The position numbers and the translations under genes are program-made. A DNA stretch of 64,000 nucleotides from a phage, in sequence record PZ445524.1; one strand, written 5' to 3'. Below, piece by piece: positions 37,532 to 47,751 of the stretch; the stretch's first letter is position 1, and each line of letters opens with the position of its first letter. The notes under the pieces are model-generated. The model was not told the origin of the DNA. It saw nothing but the letters and a program-made list of their open reading frames with translations, and made no database searches.

Positions 37532-37942
37532 TCAGCCTCTATCAACAATAGCATGAGTATGGGCATTTACAATTTGCCACCAATCGAAACGATTGGAACC
37601 ATAATCTGGTTTATTTTCATTTTCTTTAATGATATCACGCAGTTTATCTTCTGTTTCAGCATACGCAATTAAATCATCATATCCGCCACAAGGATAATAA
37701 TTATCACCTGCGAATAAAAGAAAATTTACCTTAGATGGATTTACGTAATAATGGTCTTTAGGATATTTAGTTCCTCTCCAATCAGTTACTTCAACATAAC
37801 GGTAAGAAAATCCATTTTTACTTTCAATCCAACTCCACGCTTCAAAAGGAGTATTAAAAACTTTATCAGGTATTAAATTACCTTCAAAATGAGAAGGATT
37901 TGCATAATCCCCAGCATAAACATAGTATTCGTTAATACTCAT
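37532..37942 (-). CDS. hypothetical protein (Tyr/Trp-rich)
   Basis: 136 aa ORF. Confidence 0.5.
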   Translation of the reverse strand: MSINEYYVYAGDYANPSHFEGNLIPDKVFNTPFEAWSWIESKNGFSYRYVEVTDWRGTKYPKDHYYVNPSKVNFLLFAGDNYYPCGGYDDLIAYAETEDKLRDIIKENENKPDYGSNRFDWWQIVNAHTHAIVDRG

Positions 37943-38128
37943 CTATTCACCTTTAGAAATTTTATCCATAACAATAGCGATTAAACCAATTAAAAATGCT
38001 ACTACAAGTGAAAACACATTTTCTGATGTAGTTAATAATCCGCATATAAATCCAACAAACATTGAAAAACTAAAAGCGGAAGCAGAAATTGCAATAGCAA
38101 CATTTCGAATTAATTCACAACGTTTCAT
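37943..38128 (-). CDS. small membrane protein
   Basis: 61 aa from ATG 38126-38128 (MKRCELIRNVAIAISASAFSFSMFVGFICGLL...); the longer ORF would run through its own promoter. Confidence 0.5.
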   Translation of the reverse strand: MKRCELIRNVAIAISASAFSFSMFVGFICGLLTTSENVFSLVVAFLIGLIAIVMDKISKGE

Positions 38129-38153
38129 TTTATTCTCCTCAGTAGTTGATAGG

Positions 38154-38186
38154 GTAATAATATCACTATTAAAACCCAATGTAAAC
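38154..38186 (-). promoter_or_regulatory. T4-type early promoter cassette
   Basis: minus GTTTAC ... ATATTATTACCCTATCAACTACT. Confidence 0.5.
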
Positions 38187-38189
38187 AAT

Positions 38190-38414
38190 TTATTCAACAC
38201 CAGCGGCTTTCAAAAGTTTTTTAAGATTGGCAACACCTTGAGCAGAAAATGTGACCTTGCCACCTTTTTCACTGATAGAACCAACCAATTTAGCAAGTTT
38301 ATCATTAGGAATTTTTTTAAAATCAGCCAATGTTCCATCAAAGGTTTTTGAAACAAAAGGCAGTTCGTCTTCATGTCTTTTAGCTTCTGCAATAAATTCT
38401 TGATATGTTTTCAT
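38190..38414 (-). CDS. internal-protein-like small protein with capsid targeting sequence
   Basis: 74 aa from ATG 38412-38414; N-terminus MKTYQEFIAEA. Confidence 0.65.
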   Translation of the reverse strand: MKTYQEFIAEAKRHEDELPFVSKTFDGTLADFKKIPNDKLAKLVGSISEKGGKVTFSAQGVANLKKLLKAAGVE

Positions 38415-38446
38415 TTTAGTTTCCATTTGGATGTTTTGTTTTGATA

Positions 38447-38481
38447 GGGTAATAATATCACCACCCTATCTAAAAGTAAAC
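38447..38481 (-). promoter_or_regulatory. T4-type early promoter cassette
   Basis: minus GTTTAC ... GATATTATTACCC. Confidence 0.5.
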
Positions 38482-38491
38482 AGTTTATAAA

Positions 38492-38800
38492 CTATTTTAT
38501 TCCGCGTGATGCAATTGTGTTCTGTCGTTTAACACCAGTTTGTTTAAAGTCATGATTGTCGATTTGATCGGTACGAGCAACTCCGAATGATGATTTGATT
38601 TTAGCTTTAGATCCTTTAGTTATAGAAATAAACATCTCGGAAGCCCCTTTCTTAAAGTCCGAGGCGATTACTTCAACGCCGTTCTTAGCAAGTGACTTCA
38701 GAATTGCCTCTGCATACTCATCGTCAAGACTCGTCTGAGTATTAATAACGAATGTCTTTGGCGCAGCCGCTTCATTGATAAATTCTTTAAATGTTTTCAT
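38492..38800 (-). CDS. internal-protein-like protein with capsid targeting sequence
   Basis: 102 aa; N-terminus MKTFKEFINEA. Confidence 0.6.
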   Translation of the reverse strand: MKTFKEFINEAAAPKTFVINTQTSLDDEYAEAILKSLAKNGVEVIASDFKKGASEMFISITKGSKAKIKSSFGVARTDQIDNHDFKQTGVKRQNTIASRGIK

Positions 38801-38825
38801 TTTATTTTCCTAATTAATTTTGATA

Positions 38826-38860
38826 GGGTAATAGTATCACTACTAAAACCACATGTAAAC
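38826..38860 (-). promoter_or_regulatory. T4-type early promoter cassette (direct repeat copy 1)
   Basis: near-identical to the cassette at 39156-39190. Confidence 0.55.
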
Positions 38861-38872
38861 AACTTTGTGAAA

Positions 38873-39130
38873 TTATTTTAAATCTTCTAATCGTTTCTTC
38901 ATCTTAGAACCGTTCTTAGCGATTTCGCCTGCATCAGAGCATAATGCTAAAAGCGCTTTAACTTTAGTTTGGTCTCCTTTAAAAGATGAAGGATCCACAG
39001 CAGCAGCAAGTTCTTTAATACGAGAGAAAAGACGCTCAGCTTCAGCTAAAGCCATTCCAAGCTTTACTTCCATACCGTGGGAAGATTCAGTGATAGTAGT
39101 TTTTGTAGCAAACTCTTTGAAAGTTTTCAT
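38873..39130 (-). CDS. internal-protein-like protein with capsid-targeting-like N-terminus
   Basis: 85 aa; N-terminus MKTFKEFATK; flanked by about 100 bp direct repeats. Confidence 0.55.
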   Translation of the reverse strand: MKTFKEFATKTTITESSHGMEVKLGMALAEAERLFSRIKELAAAVDPSSFKGDQTKVKALLALCSDAGEIAKNGSKMKKRLEDLK

Positions 39131-39155
39131 TTTATTTTCCTAATTAATTTTGATG

Positions 39156-39190
39156 AGGTAATAGTATCACTACCTCATCAGTATGTAAAC
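39156..39190 (-). promoter_or_regulatory. T4-type early promoter cassette (direct repeat copy 2)
   Basis: minus GTTTAC ... GATACTATTACC. Confidence 0.55.
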
Positions 39191-39202
39191 AACTTTGTGA
39201 AA

Positions 39203-39899
<697 letters not shown>

Positions 39900-39900
<1 letters not shown>

Positions 39901-40625
39901 TATAGTACCTTTAGTGTATTTTTAATTTTAGAAAAAAGTTCTTCAAGAGAACCATCGTTTGTAATTACTAAATCGCCATCACGAATTGGCAATCCAGCTT
40001 CTGTAATATGTGTATCATTGGATTTTTGACCAGGACGAACTACATGAATTACTGTAGCACCCATCGCCCTAGCCGCATCCATTTCATGATCTTGACGGGT
40101 ATCAGGAACGATATAATAATCATAACCTGAGTTAAATTTATCAAGATAATCTAAAGCAAATAATTTTACCCAGTACATGCGGTCGAAGTTATTAACAATC
40201 AAATCCGTACCTAGGGCTTGCATCAGACGACGGACTGACCATTGATCTTCAATATTATTTATAACGTCAATAATCTTGTTAAATGCTACGGAATTAACTG
40301 ATTCTTGTCCTTCGTCATCAAAAACAAACACACCTTTAATTGGGCTTTTACCATTAAGATAGCAAAATGCTTGTTCCATAATCGTGATTACTTCTGATTT
40401 AGTCAGATTTAAATTAGTCTCACGATCATAGTCAATTCCTTCAAACTCTTTACGAGTTAAGCAAGGATAGTCAGTGTTTGCTGCAAATACTCCCCATGCA
40501 TAAGCCAATGCATCCTTAATAGGACCAGCAAGTTGGTATTTAACTGCAGAATAATTGCTCATGATAAAATCAGCAGTAGTATCTTTTCCACTACGCTTTA
40601 CACCGCTTAAAAAGATTAGTTTCAT
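39900..40625 (-). CDS. 1: gp1 deoxynucleoside monophosphate kinase
   Basis: 241 aa from MKLIFLSGVKRSGKDT (P-loop); T4 length. Confidence 0.9.
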
Positions 40626-40674
40626 GTGTTTCTCCTCAAATTTAATTAAGATTATAACACACAAAACTGAAGCA

Positions 40675-41205
40675 TTAAACTTCTGCTATAATTTTTCCAT
40701 CTTTTTCTACTTGAAAATAGGTGTAAGGAATCGTTGCTGTACATACTAAAGCCGGGTCTGAATCTTCCGTATAGCTAAATTCTACTTCAGATAGGTCAGA
40801 AACCCAAGGCTTATAAAAATTTATTGACATCACGATTTCAGTTTTGCTATTATCTAAGATGTAAAGCGTAATGTACTCAGGACCTGTTTTTTGGGCAGTA
40901 TTTTCACCTGTAAGATAGTTGCTAGTTCCTAGCATCCATTCATACATTCCTATCCACGACTTAAGCTCTTCATCAACTATAAATCTCACGATGAGTGGAT
41001 CATACTCGAATGTAGCACCTGGACGTTGTGCTCGGCCCAGTCCAAACGGCCCAGTCACGGTATCAGTAACAGGTATTCTAATTCCTGGAATAGGAACTGA
41101 CTGAGCATTTAAAGTAAAAGCAGATGTAGTATTACTATGTGGTATTGATACTACAAAGTTAGTTGTATTTGCTTGGTTAAAAATTTGTTGCAGAGCTTGC
41201 GACAT
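40675..41205 (-). CDS. 3: gp3 tail tube terminator / sheath stabiliser
   Basis: 176 aa from internal ATG 41203-41205 (MSQALQQIFNQ...); T4 length and synteny. Confidence 0.8.
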   Translation of the reverse strand: MSQALQQIFNQANTTNFVVSIPHSNTTSAFTLNAQSVPIPGIRIPVTDTVTGPFGLGRAQRPGATFEYDPLIVRFIVDEELKSWIGMYEWMLGTSNYLTGENTAQKTGPEYITLYILDNSKTEIVMSINFYKPWVSDLSEVEFSYTEDSDPALVCTATIPYTYFQVEKDGKIIAEV

Positions 41206-41311
41206 ATATTCCTCATAATGCTTTATAATTGTTGGTGGTATAATGGGTCTAAGTCCCTTCCATTCAATTCCATTTAGAACAAACAACAGAAAAGAATGGA
41301 AGATAATAGAA

Positions 41312-42136
41312 TTAAATATTTGACCAGACTTTGTTTGCAGAGAAACGTTTTCCTTTTGAAACGAACTGCTGAAGTGGCATCAACACAACGTTCGCCCAGT
41401 CTTTCGGGGCGATTTCAACAAGGCTACCCATAATATTACCAGGTATATATGCCTTAATCATTTGGTCTGCACCCCTAAATCCTTTCACTTGACTCCAATC
41501 AATTTTTAATTTCGTTTTATTAGTAATAGTAGGTGTATTTGCATATTGCTTTAAAAGCTCTTCTAGAAATTGCTGACGAGCTTTAGGTGGAATATAGTGC
41601 AAGTTTAATCCGTACATTAAATTATGCTTACCTAAACCAAGGTAAATTATCAAAGGAAATTTATCCCAGTAAGGAAGAGTTTCCTTGTGTTTAGCATCAT
41701 AAGCAAAAGCATATATTCGTCCCGGTTGCGGGCGAACAACTTTATGTCCTTTTACTTGCTTAATAGTTTCAGCAAACCACTTTCTTGTTTTATTATTAAT
41801 TGCTGCACCTTCATTACGAATTTTATCACGCAATGTTTGTCTGAATGAATTTATCATAAGCAGTTGTCTTTCTTGCTTATTGAGTTTATTCATTGGTTTT
41901 GATTCAAGCTTTTGAATCTTTTCAGCCGTTTTAATTCCTGAAGCATATTTTGACATTGCTGAAGTAAACGTAGAGTATTTGATTCCTCTTTCTTCAGCAA
42001 ATTGCTTTCCTGTCATTCCTTTTGCTTTGGCCTTTTTATATTCAAGACCTATCTGAATCCATTTCTTTTCGTTTAATGATTGCTTAACCTTTGGAACTTG
42101 GGGAGTGCTTTCATTAATTATTTGAAAAATAGCCAT
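41312..42136 (-). CDS. 2: gp2 DNA end protector protein
   Basis: 274 aa; T4 length and synteny. Confidence 0.85.
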
Positions 42137-42588
42137 TATGCCCCCTTAAAGCCAAGAGCTCGTAATCCATCTTCTGTTAGAATTCTAAATTTTATTCCAC
42201 GCTTTTCAGCTAAAGATTGTGCTGCTTTCCATTTGTCGGTATTAACAGAATATGTATAAATTTCATTCATAAATCTTTTTTTCGCTGCGGTTGTTAGATG
42301 TGCTGGTTTAACTGGTGGTTGTGTTTCTTTTTTAGGTTTTATTTCAATAAAAAATTCTTGCCCAGAAGAATCTTTCATCCAAATATCCATGAAGTATCTA
42401 CGTTTTTTCCCTTCTGCATTACAAAAATAAGGAATTACTGCTGTTTCACTACCCCATGCAATAATTTCTGGATTTTTATCTAACCATTCAAAAAAGAATT
42501 TTTCCCAATTTGATCTATACGTAATTTTTTTAGGGTCACCTCTATACTTTGATATATTTTTAGGAACCCATTTTCCAGAATATGCCAT
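42136..42588 (-). CDS. 4: gp4 head completion protein
   Basis: 150 aa; T4 length and synteny. Confidence 0.85.
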
Positions 42589-42599
42589 TGGATTCTCCT

Positions 42600-42607
42600 T
42601 ATAAATA
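42600..42607 (+). promoter_or_regulatory. late promoter TATAAATA for gene 53
   Basis: exact TATAAATA 28 nt upstream of ATG; SD AGGAGG. Confidence 0.65.
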
Positions 42608-42635
42608 GATAATATATTTATAAACAGGAGGGCCC

Positions 42636-43226
42636 ATGCTCTTTACATTTTTTGATCCGATTGAATATGCGGCCAAAACGGTGAATAAAAACGCGCCGAC
42701 TATTCCTATGACAGATATTTTTAGAAACTATAAAGACTATTTTAAACGCGCTCTTGCGGGATACCGCTTACGTACTTATTATATCAAAGGTTCACCACGC
42801 CCGGAAGAATTAGCAAATGCTATATACGGAAATCCACAGCTGTATTGGGTTTTATTGATGTGTAATGATAATTATGACCCGTATTATGGATGGATTACTT
42901 CACAAGAAGCTGCTTATCAGGCATCTATACAAAAATACAAAAATGTAGGTGGAGACCAAATAGTATATCATGTGAATGAGAACGGTGAAAAATTTTATAA
43001 TTTAATATCATACGATGATAATCCATATGTTTGGTATGATAAAGGCGATAAAGCTAGAAAATATCCTCAATACGAAGGAGCACTTGCTGCGGTCGATACG
43101 TATGAAGCTGCTGTTCTTGAAAATGAAAAACTTCGTCAAATAAAAATAATAGCAAAATCAGACATCAATTCATTTATGAACGACCTTATACGTATAATGG
43201 AGAAATCTTATGGAAATGATAAGTAA
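42636..43226 (+). CDS. 53: gp53 baseplate wedge protein
   Basis: 196 aa; T4 length; first gene of plus-strand late cluster. Confidence 0.85.
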   Translation: MLFTFFDPIEYAAKTVNKNAPTIPMTDIFRNYKDYFKRALAGYRLRTYYIKGSPRPEELANAIYGNPQLYWVLLMCNDNYDPYYGWITSQEAAYQASIQKYKNVGGDQIVYHVNENGEKFYNLISYDDNPYVWYDKGDKARKYPQYEGALAAVDTYEAAVLENEKLRQIKIIAKSDINSFMNDLIRIMEKSYGNDK

Positions 43227-44937
43227 TAACCTTAATTGGTTTGTTGGTGTTGTTGAAGATAGAATGGACCCATTAAAATTAGGTCGTGTTCGTGTTCGTG
43301 TGGTTGGTCTGCATCCACCTCAAAGAGCACAAGGTGATGTAATGGGTATTCCAACTGAAAAATTACCATGGATGTCAGTTATTCAACCTATAACTTCTGC
43401 AGCAATGTCAGGAATTGGAGGTTCTGTTACAGGGCCAGTAGAAGGAACTAGAGTTTATGGTCATTTTTTAGACAAATGGAAAACTAACGGAATTGTCCTT
43501 GGTACGTATGGTGGAATAGTTCGCGAAAAACCGAATAGACTTGAAGGATTTTCTGACCCAACTGGGCAGTATCCTAGACGTTTAGGAAATGATACTAACG
43601 TACTAAACCAAGGCGGAGAAGTAGGATATGATTCGTCTTCTAACGTTATCCAAGATAGTAACTTAGACACTGCAATAAATCCCGATGATAGACCACTATC
43701 AGAAATTCCAACTGATGATAATCCAAATATGTCAATGGCTGAAATGCTTCGCCGTGATGAAGGATTAAGACTAAAAGTTTATTGGGATACTGAAGGATAT
43801 CCGACAATTGGTATTGGTCATCTTATCATGAAGCAGCCAGTTCGTGATATGGCTCAAATTAATAAAGTTTTATCAAAACAAGTTGGTCGTGAAATTACTG
43901 GAAACCCAGGTTCTATTACAATGAAAGAAGCGACGACTTTATTTGAACGTGATTTGGCTGATATGCAACGGGACATTAAATCACATTCTAAAGTAGGACC
44001 AGTCTGGAAAGCTGTCAACCGTTCTCGTCAAATGGCGTTAGAAAATATGGCATTTCAGATGGGTGTTGGTGGTGTAGCTAAATTTAACACAATGTTAACT
44101 GCTATGTTAGCAGGAGATTGGGAAAAAGCATATAAAGCCGGTCGTGATTCATTGTGGTATCAACAAACAAAAGGCCGTGCATCCCGTGTTACCATGATTA
44201 TTCTTACGGGGAATTTGGAATCATATGGTGTTGAAGTGAAAACACCAGCTAGGTCTTTATCTGCAATGGCTGCTACTGTAGCTAAATCTTCTGACCCTGC
44301 TGACCCTCCTATTCCAAATGACTCGAGAATTTTATTCAAAGAACCAGTTTCTTCATATAAAGGTGAATATCCTTATGTGCATACAATGGAAACTGAAAGC
44401 GGACATATTCAGGAATTTGATGATACCCCTGGGCAAGAACGATACAGATTAGTTCATCCAACTGGAACTTATGAAGAAGTATCACCGTCAGGAAGAAGAA
44501 CAAGAAAAACTGTTGATAATTTGTATGATATAACCAACGCTGATGGTAATTTTTTGGTAGCCGGTGATAAAAAGACTAACGTCGGTGGATCAGAAATTTA
44601 TTATAACATGGATAATCGTCTTCATCAAATAGATGGAAGTAATACAATATTTGTACGTGGCGATGAAACTAAGACAGTTGAAGGTAATGGAACTATCCTA
44701 GTCAAAGGTAATGTTACTATTGTAGTTGAAGGCAATGCTGACATTACAGTTAAAGGAGATGCTACCACTTTAGTTGAAGGAAATCAAACTAATACAGTAA
44801 ATGGAAACCTTTCTTGGAAAGTTGCCGGGACAGTTGATTGGGACGTTGGTGGTGATTGGACAGAAAAAATGGCATCTATGAGTTCTATTTCATCTGGTCA
44901 ATACACAATTGATGGATCGAGGATTGACATTGGCTAA
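43210..44937 (+). CDS. 5: gp5 baseplate hub / tail-associated lysozyme
   Basis: 575 aa MEMISNNLNWFVGVVEDRMDPLKLGRVRVRVVG...; internal lysozyme domain paralogous to e; C-terminal VxGxxxxx beta-helix repeats. Confidence 0.95.
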   Translation: MEMISNNLNWFVGVVEDRMDPLKLGRVRVRVVGLHPPQRAQGDVMGIPTEKLPWMSVIQPITSAAMSGIGGSVTGPVEGTRVYGHFLDKWKTNGIVLGTYGGIVREKPNRLEGFSDPTGQYPRRLGNDTNVLNQGGEVGYDSSSNVIQDSNLDTAINPDDRPLSEIPTDDNPNMSMAEMLRRDEGLRLKVYWDTEGYPTIGIGHLIMKQPVRDMAQINKVLSKQVGREITGNPGSITMKEATTLFERDLADMQRDIKSHSKVGPVWKAVNRSRQMALENMAFQMGVGGVAKFNTMLTAMLAGDWEKAYKAGRDSLWYQQTKGRASRVTMIILTGNLESYGVEVKTPARSLSAMAATVAKSSDPADPPIPNDSRILFKEPVSSYKGEYPYVHTMETESGHIQEFDDTPGQERYRLVHPTGTYEEVSPSGRRTRKTVDNLYDITNADGNFLVAGDKKTNVGGSEIYYNMDNRLHQIDGSNTIFVRGDETKTVEGNGTILVKGNVTIVVEGNADITVKGDATTLVEGNQTNTVNGNLSWKVAGTVDWDVGGDWTEKMASMSSISSGQYTIDGSRIDIG

Positions 44938-44947
44938 TATACTTCCA

Positions 44948-45466
44948 ATGAGCGCTGATTTAGGAGAATCCATGGAAGGTTCTTCTATCGACGTCACCTT
45001 TACCGCTCAATTAGAAACAGGTGAAACGTTAGTATCTATAAATATAACTAGTTACGAAGAAACTCCTGGGGTTTTAGTAGAAGAAAATCGCTTATATGGA
45101 ACATATGAATCTGTGTTTGGATTTGGAAATGACGCGTTGAAATATCGACTAGGCGATGAATTTAAAACTGCTGCTTCATGGGAAGAACTTCCTACTGATT
45201 CTGACACTCAGTTGTATTTGTGGAAAGCTCCTCAGAATCTCCAGAAGACATTCACTTACGAAGTAACATTAATATATGACTACCAAGAACAAAGTGAATC
45301 TGGGGGTTCTGGCAGTAATTCTAGGTCATCTTCTGATACTACTGAACCGACAGATCCTCCTGCTCCAGTAAGAAAAACTCTCGTTAAAAATTATACTAAA
45401 ACTATAGTTGGAAATTGGAGTCGTTGGGCTAATAAACTGAGAAGCTATGTGTATGAGAGGCCATAA
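44948..45466 (+). CDS. 5.1: gp5.1 hypothetical baseplate-associated protein
   Basis: Start at ATG 44948 just after gp5 stop. Confidence 0.6.
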
Positions 45467-45760
45467 ATGTCAGGATTAAGTTATGATAAGTGTGTTACTG
45501 CTGGCCATGAAGCGTGGCCTCCAACAGTTGTGAATGCTACACAAAGTAAAGTATTCACTGGAGGAATTGCTGTTCTAGTAGCAGGCGATCCAATTACAGA
45601 ACATACAGAAATTAAAAAGCCATATGAAACACATGGCGGAGTGACACAACCCAGAACTTCTAAGGTATATGTCACTGGAAAGAAAGCTGTTCAAATGGCT
45701 GATCCAATATCATGTGGTGATACTGTGGCTCAGGCATCATCTAAAGTATTCATTAAATAG
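45467..45760 (+). CDS. 5.4: gp5.4 PAAR-repeat spike tip protein
   Basis: 97 aa; T4 length and position. Confidence 0.8.
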
Positions 45761-45768
45761 GATTTAAA

Positions 45769-47751
45769 ATGGCAAATACCCCTGTAAATTATCAATTAAC
45801 AAGAACAGCAAATGCTATTCCCGAGATATTCGTCGGGGGTACGTTTGCTGAAATAAAACAAAACCTCATTGAATGGCTTAATGGCCAAAATGAATTTTTG
45901 GATTATGATTTTGAAGGCTCAAGATTAAACGTTCTGTGTGACCTTTTGGCTTATAATACACTGTACATTCAGCAGTTTGGTAATGCTGCTGTGTATGAAA
46001 GCTTTATGCGTACTGCTAACTTACGAAGTTCAGTTGTTCAAGCTGCACAAGATAACGGATATTTACCTACTTCAAAATCCGCTGCGCAGACCGAAATTAT
46101 GTTAACATGCACTGACGCATTGAATAGGAATTACATTACTATTCCTCGCGGAACTCGCTTTTTAGCATATGCAAAAGATACTTCTGTTAATCCATATAAC
46201 TTCGTTTCTACCGAAGACGTTATTGCTATTCGTGATAAAAATAACCAATATTTTCCGCGTTTAAAATTGGCCCAGGGGCGTATAGTAAGAACTGAAATCA
46301 TTTATGATAAATTAACACCTATTATCATTTATGATAAAAATATTGATAGAAACCAGGTTAAATTATATGTTGATGGAGCGGAATGGATTAACTGGACGAG
46401 AAAGTCAATGGTTCATGCTGGTTCAACATCAACGATTTACTATATGCGTGAAACTATTGATGGAAACACTGAATTCTATTTTGGTGAAGGTGAAATTTCT
46501 GTTAATGCTTCTGAAGGAGCTTTGACCGCTAATTATATCGGAGGTCTTAAACCTACTCAGAACTCTACGATTGTTATTGAGTACATCAGTACTAATGGCG
46601 CTGACGCGAACGGAGCAGTCGGATTTTCATACGCAGATACATTAACAAATATAACTGTCATCAATATTAATGAAAATCCAAACGATGACCCAGATTTTGT
46701 TGGGGCAGATGGAGGCGGTGATCCAGAAGATATTGAGCGTATTCGCGAATTGGGTACTATTAAACGCGAAACCCAACAACGATGCGTAACTGCGACTGAC
46801 TATGATACATTCGTTTCAGAGAGATTTGGTTCTATTATTCAGGCAGTTCAAACTTTCACTGATTCTACTAAACCTGGGTATGCATTTATTGCTGCTAAAC
46901 CTAAATCAGGATTGTATTTAACTACTGTGCAACGTGAAGATATTAAAAATTATCTCAAAGACTATAATTTAGCTCCTATTACGCCATCAATTATTTCTCC
47001 TAATTATCTTTTTATTAAGACTAATTTAAAAGTCACATATGCTTTAAATAAGCTGCAAGAATCCGAACAGTGGCTCGAAGGTCAAATAATTGATAAAATT
47101 GATCGTTATTATACCGAAGATGTAGAAATTTTTAACTCGTCTTTCGCCAAGTCTAAGATGTTGACATATGTAGATGATGCAGATCATTCTATCATTGGTT
47201 CATCAGCGACAATTCAAATTGTTCGTGAAGTACAAAACTTCTATAAAACACCTGAAGCAGGTATTAAATACAATAATCAAATAAAAGATCGTTCTATGGA
47301 ATCTAATACGTTTTCATTTAATTCTGGACGAAAGGTTGTAAATCCTGATACTGGTTTAGAAGAAGATGTATTATATGACGTTCGCATAGTATCAACAGAC
47401 CGAGATTCTAAAGGAATTGGTAAAGTTATTATTGGTCCATTTGCTTCTGGCGATGTTACAGAAAATGAAAACATTCAGCCGTATACAGGCAACGATTTTA
47501 ACAAATTAGCAAATTCTGATGGACGCGACAAATACTATGTTATCGGTGAAATAAATTATCCAGCTGATGTGATTTATTGGAATATCGCTAAAATTAATTT
47601 AACATCTGAAAAATTTGAAGTTCAAACTATTGAATTATATTCTGACCCAACCGATGATGTTATCTTTACTCGCGATGGTTCACTGATTGTATTTGAAAAT
47701 GACTTACGTCCACAATACTTAACTATCGATTTGGAGCCTATATCACAATGA
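45769..47751 (+). CDS. 6: gp6 baseplate wedge protein
   Basis: 660 aa; T4 length and synteny. Confidence 0.9.
   Translation: MANTPVNYQLTRTANAIPEIFVGGTFAEIKQNLIEWLNGQNEFLDYDFEGSRLNVLCDLLAYNTLYIQQFGNAAVYESFMRTANLRSSVVQAAQDNGYLPTSKSAAQTEIMLTCTDALNRNYITIPRGTRFLAYAKDTSVNPYNFVSTEDVIAIRDKNNQYFPRLKLAQGRIVRTEIIYDKLTPIIIYDKNIDRNQVKLYVDGAEWINWTRKSMVHAGSTSTIYYMRETIDGNTEFYFGEGEISVNASEGALTANYIGGLKPTQNSTIVIEYISTNGADANGAVGFSYADTLTNITVININENPNDDPDFVGADGGGDPEDIERIRELGTIKRETQQRCVTATDYDTFVSERFGSIIQAVQTFTDSTKPGYAFIAAKPKSGLYLTTVQREDIKNYLKDYNLAPITPSIISPNYLFIKTNLKVTYALNKLQESEQWLEGQIIDKIDRYYTEDVEIFNSSFAKSKMLTYVDDADHSIIGSSATIQIVREVQNFYKTPEAGIKYNNQIKDRSMESNTFSFNSGRKVVNPDTGLEEDVLYDVRIVSTDRDSKGIGKVIIGPFASGDVTENENIQPYTGNDFNKLANSDGRDKYYVIGEINYPADVIYWNIAKINLTSEKFEVQTIELYSDPTDDVIFTRDGSLIVFENDLRPQYLTIDLEPISQ

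Noticed and set aside
43210-44937. Similarity between the gp5 central domain (MAEMLRRDEGLRLKVYWDTEGYPTIGIGHLI) and lysozyme e as a possible duplication artefact
   Set aside because: This is the known tail-lysozyme domain of gp5, a genuine ancient paralogy and not an assembly duplication.
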